Shown here piece after piece: positions 60,097 to 64,000 of a stretch of DNA of 64,000 bases; position 1 is the stretch's first letter; every line of letters starts with the position of its first letter. The stretch is taken from the NCBI GenBank assembly GCA_964016885.1, contig OZ024742.1:363630001-363694000 (forward strand), written 5' to 3'. Below the pieces are notes generated by a model. The model was not told the origin of the DNA, did no database searches, and saw only the letters and a list, made by a program, of their open reading frames with translations. The position numbers and the translations under genes are program-made. This stretch comes from Eledone cirrhosa (Eukaryota).

Positions 60097-60127
<31 letters not shown>

Positions 60128-60422
60128 ACTAAAATACTCAAATATATACATGTACATATACACATGTACGTATGGGTTATATCGAGCACTAATAATAATG
60201 TTCGATTCGCTTGTAAACGAACAGCCCGAAGCTGTGGTGCCGGTGACCAGTTATCAGTGAGTCGCTATTTCACCTCCCATCTGGTCATCTACTTCTAGTC
60301 TTCTAGTCATCTGGTCCATCTGTCAACATATCAACTAGACCATTTAGTCTACAAACCCACATGACACCATATCAACCAGCTTTCAATCTGCCACCCCCTC
60401 TGTCTGTATTTCTATTAATCCT

Positions 60423-60702
60423 CTAGTCTACCAGCTCAACAGTCTCTATGACAACCAGACGTCTATTCTACCAGCCCAACTATATCTATGACAACCAGAC
60501 GTCTAGCCTACCACCCCAACAGTCTCTATGACAACCAGACGTTTAGTCTACCAGCTCAGCAGTCTCTATGACAACCAGACACATAGTCTACCAGCCCAAC
60601 AGTCTCTATGACAACCAGACGTCTAGCCTACCAGCTCAACAGTCTCTATGACAACCAGACGTCTAGTCTACCAGTCCAACTATCTCTATGACTAACAGAC
60701 GC
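60423..60702. repeat. 40-bp minisatellite, about 7 copies
   Basis: Unit CTAGTCTACCAGCTCAACAGTCTCTATGACAACCAGACGT. Confidence 0.92.
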
Positions 60703-61216
60703 CAGAATGCCCGCTAGACCTCAATTATACTAGCTCACCTGTCAATATATTAACCAGACTTCTAACCTCTCACTCTATCTCTCTCTAGACTTATAATCCA
60801 CCAGTCAACCTGTTCATATATCAACTAGACATCTCATCCCACATGTTTATATACCCTATGGTCTTCTCATGAAACAGTCCCTTGGCTAGCCGTAAACTAC
60901 TAGTCTACCTTCCAACTTGATTTATATATAAATCTAATGACTGGTGTCAATATATTTAAAGCAAAGAATCAATAAAACAGCGATGAATACAATTTATTGG
61001 CCTGTCCTGTCGTTGAATTCTTTTAAGTCGAATGTCATGAACAAAGCTACTGCCCAGGGATGACACTTTTACTGCTTTACAGGACATGGCAGTTGGTTGT
61101 GAAGTAAATAAAAGGAAACAGCCACGGACCTGTATAAAAGGTGAAAACCGGAGCATTACATATCAATAACGAATCCGAGGCCTTATTAATTTGTTTCAGG
61201 TTTATTTAAAATTGGT

Positions 61217-61247
<31 letters not shown>

Positions 61248-61275
61248 TAAAATATATAAATATATATATATATAT

Positions 61276-64000
61276 ATTTATTAATATAACAGATTAAAGT
61301 TTAAGCAAAGAATCGCTGCTTTCACCCTTGACGGGTTGTTCTGAAACTAAAAAAATTAATCTGTGAACGCAGAAGTAAATATTTCGAAAAACGTTGCAAC
61401 CGAATGAAGACAGGAAGACGATAGTTTGGTTCGTGGAAACGTTCCCTGGCAAAGAACAGAAAAAAACGAAGATAATACGTCATTAATTGGAGCGCCCTCT
61501 TGCACTGTGGAACAATTGTTTCGCGGTGATTGATTGGTTCAACGGCATATGCAACAAGGAACATTGCCGTTTTATCCAATTCGACATCAATAATTACTAC
61601 ACCTCCATCACTTTACCACTTCTCCTTAGAGCTATCAATTTCGCTAAAAACTCACAGTGGTTAAGGATTTCGAAGTTGATTTCATCCTCAATGCCCGTAA
61701 GTCGGTGATTAATTTCGACGACTCTATTTGATTAAAAAATCTAATAGTACCCCATTCGACGTGAGTATGGGCGCCAGCGATTCTGCAGAGGTTACTGATC
61801 TTATCGGCCTTTTCCTTCTTTTCTCTATCAAGGAAGAATTCCCAAACGTGGGCGGTGGTTTGTACCGTGATGACGGTCTTTTAACCATGACAAAGTGCGG
61901 CCCACATGCTTACGACAGGTTCAGAAAAGAACTCACAGCCTTCTTTAAATGCTTCAACCTCTCCATACAGGTTGAGGCCAACCTCTCGGTCGTTAATTAC
62001 CTCGACGTTACCCTCAATATGTCGAATGGCTTGCACTACCCGTATAGAAAGCCGAACGATACGCTTAATTATATAAGTAAGCATTCTAACCATCCTGCCA
62101 GCATAACCGAGAACCTGGTAAGAAACGTTTCTTTGAGGCTTTCCCGTCTATCTACAAACGAGAATATTTTCACCGACCATTCCACATATTACAATGAAGC
62201 TCTTGCTCGGAGTGGATTTGTCGATAAGGTAGCATATACAGAGTATGAGCATAGACCTAGGAAAAATAGATCCCGACGCATTATATGGTATAGTCCACCA
62301 TAAAACATGGAGTTGGCCACACCATTAGCTAAGATCTTTCTCTCCCTTATTATGAAACATTTCCCCCCAGCACATAAAGATAGTAACATTTTTAATAGAA
62401 ATACCATTACCATTTCTTACTCTACGACTCCTAACCTTGCACATAACATTAAAGCTTCATATTTAGCTAAATTACCTAGCCGTAGGAACACATGCAACCC
62501 TGTAGCTAGTACTAACTGTAATTGTAGGAATCGGGTTGACTGCCCCCTATCCGGGAAATGCCTCTCTAGTAACATTGTCTACAAATGTAAGGTTGAAACA
62601 TCCACGTCCCGTAGGGCCTACATAGGGTTAACCGCCAATAGATTCAAGCAGCGTCTTTACATGCATACACATTCTTTTCTTAACCCTTTAAGAATGAATA
62701 TGACGTCACTTTCAGCTTATATCTGGAGTCTAAAAAACAACCACACCCAATATAAGTTACACTGGGAGATCCTAGCTTAGGCTAGATCGTATAACGAAAA
62801 AAAAGACCATGTGACCTCTGCGCCGCTGAAGCCCTGGAAATACTCTACGCCAAAGACCACATCTTAAACAAAAGATCTGAGGCAATTTCGGCTCGTAAAT
62901 ATGAATTGCACAAAACTTTCCTGTATTACAGCCCTATATTATACCCTAACGGATAGTACGAACTATACGCGGGTATTTTACGTCTTGATGTGGTAGCTAA
63001 GTATATGTTACGTTTATACCATTACTTATTTGTATAGGTAAGTATATATTACCTGTATGTTTTGTGAAGGTACGTATACTTTCTCGTACGTATATTTGCT
63101 TGTAAGTGTTATAGGCGTATATATTATATTATATATATATTGGTACATGTGCATATGGTTATGTGTATACGTGAGTTTTGCGTCTGTGTGAGTATGCGGG
63201 TTCGTACGTATGTAGGGTGTGTGTATATGTGTACTTTGTGTTGGTTGACGTACATTTAGCGAACATATGTGTATTTACATGTAGGTATGTGGGTGGGTGC
63301 GTTATATATGTATTTATGTGTGTTTATATACGTTTATATAATTATATGTATACACACACACACATATATATATATTTATATGTATTTGGTATATACGTTC
63401 GTATGTGTGCGGATACAGGCGTTGCGTGGGTTCTCTATGTGCGTGCGTGTGTTTTTTTTTGCGTACGTGCTTGTATTTGCATACCCATGGCGAGTGTTTA
63501 CGCGTATGCATGTGTATGTACATATTTGGTGCATGTATATACTTAATTTTTGTTGATTTCGATTACCTCTGTAATTTATTTACATTATTCTTAACTCTGA
63601 AGCGGAGAATCATTCGATTTCCTAAATAGAATTTTAGTCTACGACTTCAGTTATACCATTTACGTGGATTTGTCTTTGCGTGTAATTTTTTCTCATCGCT
63701 CCACATACTGACGTATTATCTTCGTTGTTTCCGTTCATTACCAGAGAACGTCTCCACAAACCACCTAATAGAATATTAGTCTACGACTTCATTTATACCA
63801 TAAACGTGGTTTTGTCTGTGCGTGTAATTGTTTTCAACGTTCCAAATAATGACGTATTATCTTCGTTTTTTTTCCGTTCTTTGCCAGGGAACGTTTCCAC
63901 TAACCAAAGTATCGTCTTCCTGTCTTCCTTCGGTTGCAAAGTTTTTCGAAATATTTACTTTTGCGTTCACAGATTGATATTTTTAGTTTCAGAAGATCCC
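61276..64000 (+). mobile_element. 5'-truncated Naiad-like PLE (family N3) with inverted pLTR arm; runs off the right edge
   Basis: 61276-61493 is an inverted pLTR end (HHR at 61289-61364, minus). It is followed by the RT/EN remnant, the 3' UTR and a pLTR with an internal tandem repeat of about 125 bp. The window ends inside the HHR (AGTTT-CAGAAGA-TCCC). Confidence 0.9.
61494..62956 (+). pseudogene. Naiad-type RT + GIY-YIG, disrupted
   Basis: FIQFDINNYYTSI, MGASDSAEV, LYRDD, YLDVTL, SNHP, CNC..CPL..CL, IVY..YIG, CDLC. TAA at 62301, TAG at 62778, and frameshifts. Confidence 0.9.

Larger units (their letters stand above)
55346..60102 (-). mobile_element. Full-length Naiad-like PLE (family N1)
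   Basis: Direct pLTR repeats at 55346-55948 and 59371-59980, inverted partial pLTR at 59981-60102, intact ORF, (TA)n on both flanks. Confidence 0.95.

Noticed and set aside
57113-62956. Selenoprotein-encoding Naiad elements
   Set aside because: The N1 ORF has no in-frame TGA, the stops I saw in N3 are TAA/TAG, and no convincing SECIS was found.

Overview
Eukaryotic, repeat-saturated DNA with no host gene I can support. The (TA)n/(GT)n/(GA)n density and two tRNA-derived SINEs look like octopus/coleoid cephalopod (inference). Positions 1-28065 are two abutting GT-rich minisatellites (45-bp and 30-bp units), and all ORFs over them are artefacts. Positions 28066-64000 are a nest of retrotransposons sitting mostly in (TA)n tracts. 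There are at least five protein-coding Penelope-like element (PLE) families: three Naiad-like (one an intact 737-aa RT+GIY-YIG copy with complete pLTR architecture), one Neptune-like and one Nematis-like (clade names are motif-based inferences). A 5'-truncated R4/Dong-type LINE in (TAA)n and an RTE-like 3' end are also present. The main signal the ORF track misses is RNA structure. About 15 type I hammerhead ribozyme (HHR) motifs from about 7 pLTR families, plus two half-ribozymes, fold by hand. They include family-wide non-canonical cores: U3-A8 (UUGAAAA) and U4->A (CAGAAGA). Three tiny protein-free palindromic ribozyme elements are present. A fold-back/inversion signature recurs, with short arms ending at TA dinucleotides. 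Two PLE copies share the same frameshift and stop in the endonuclease.
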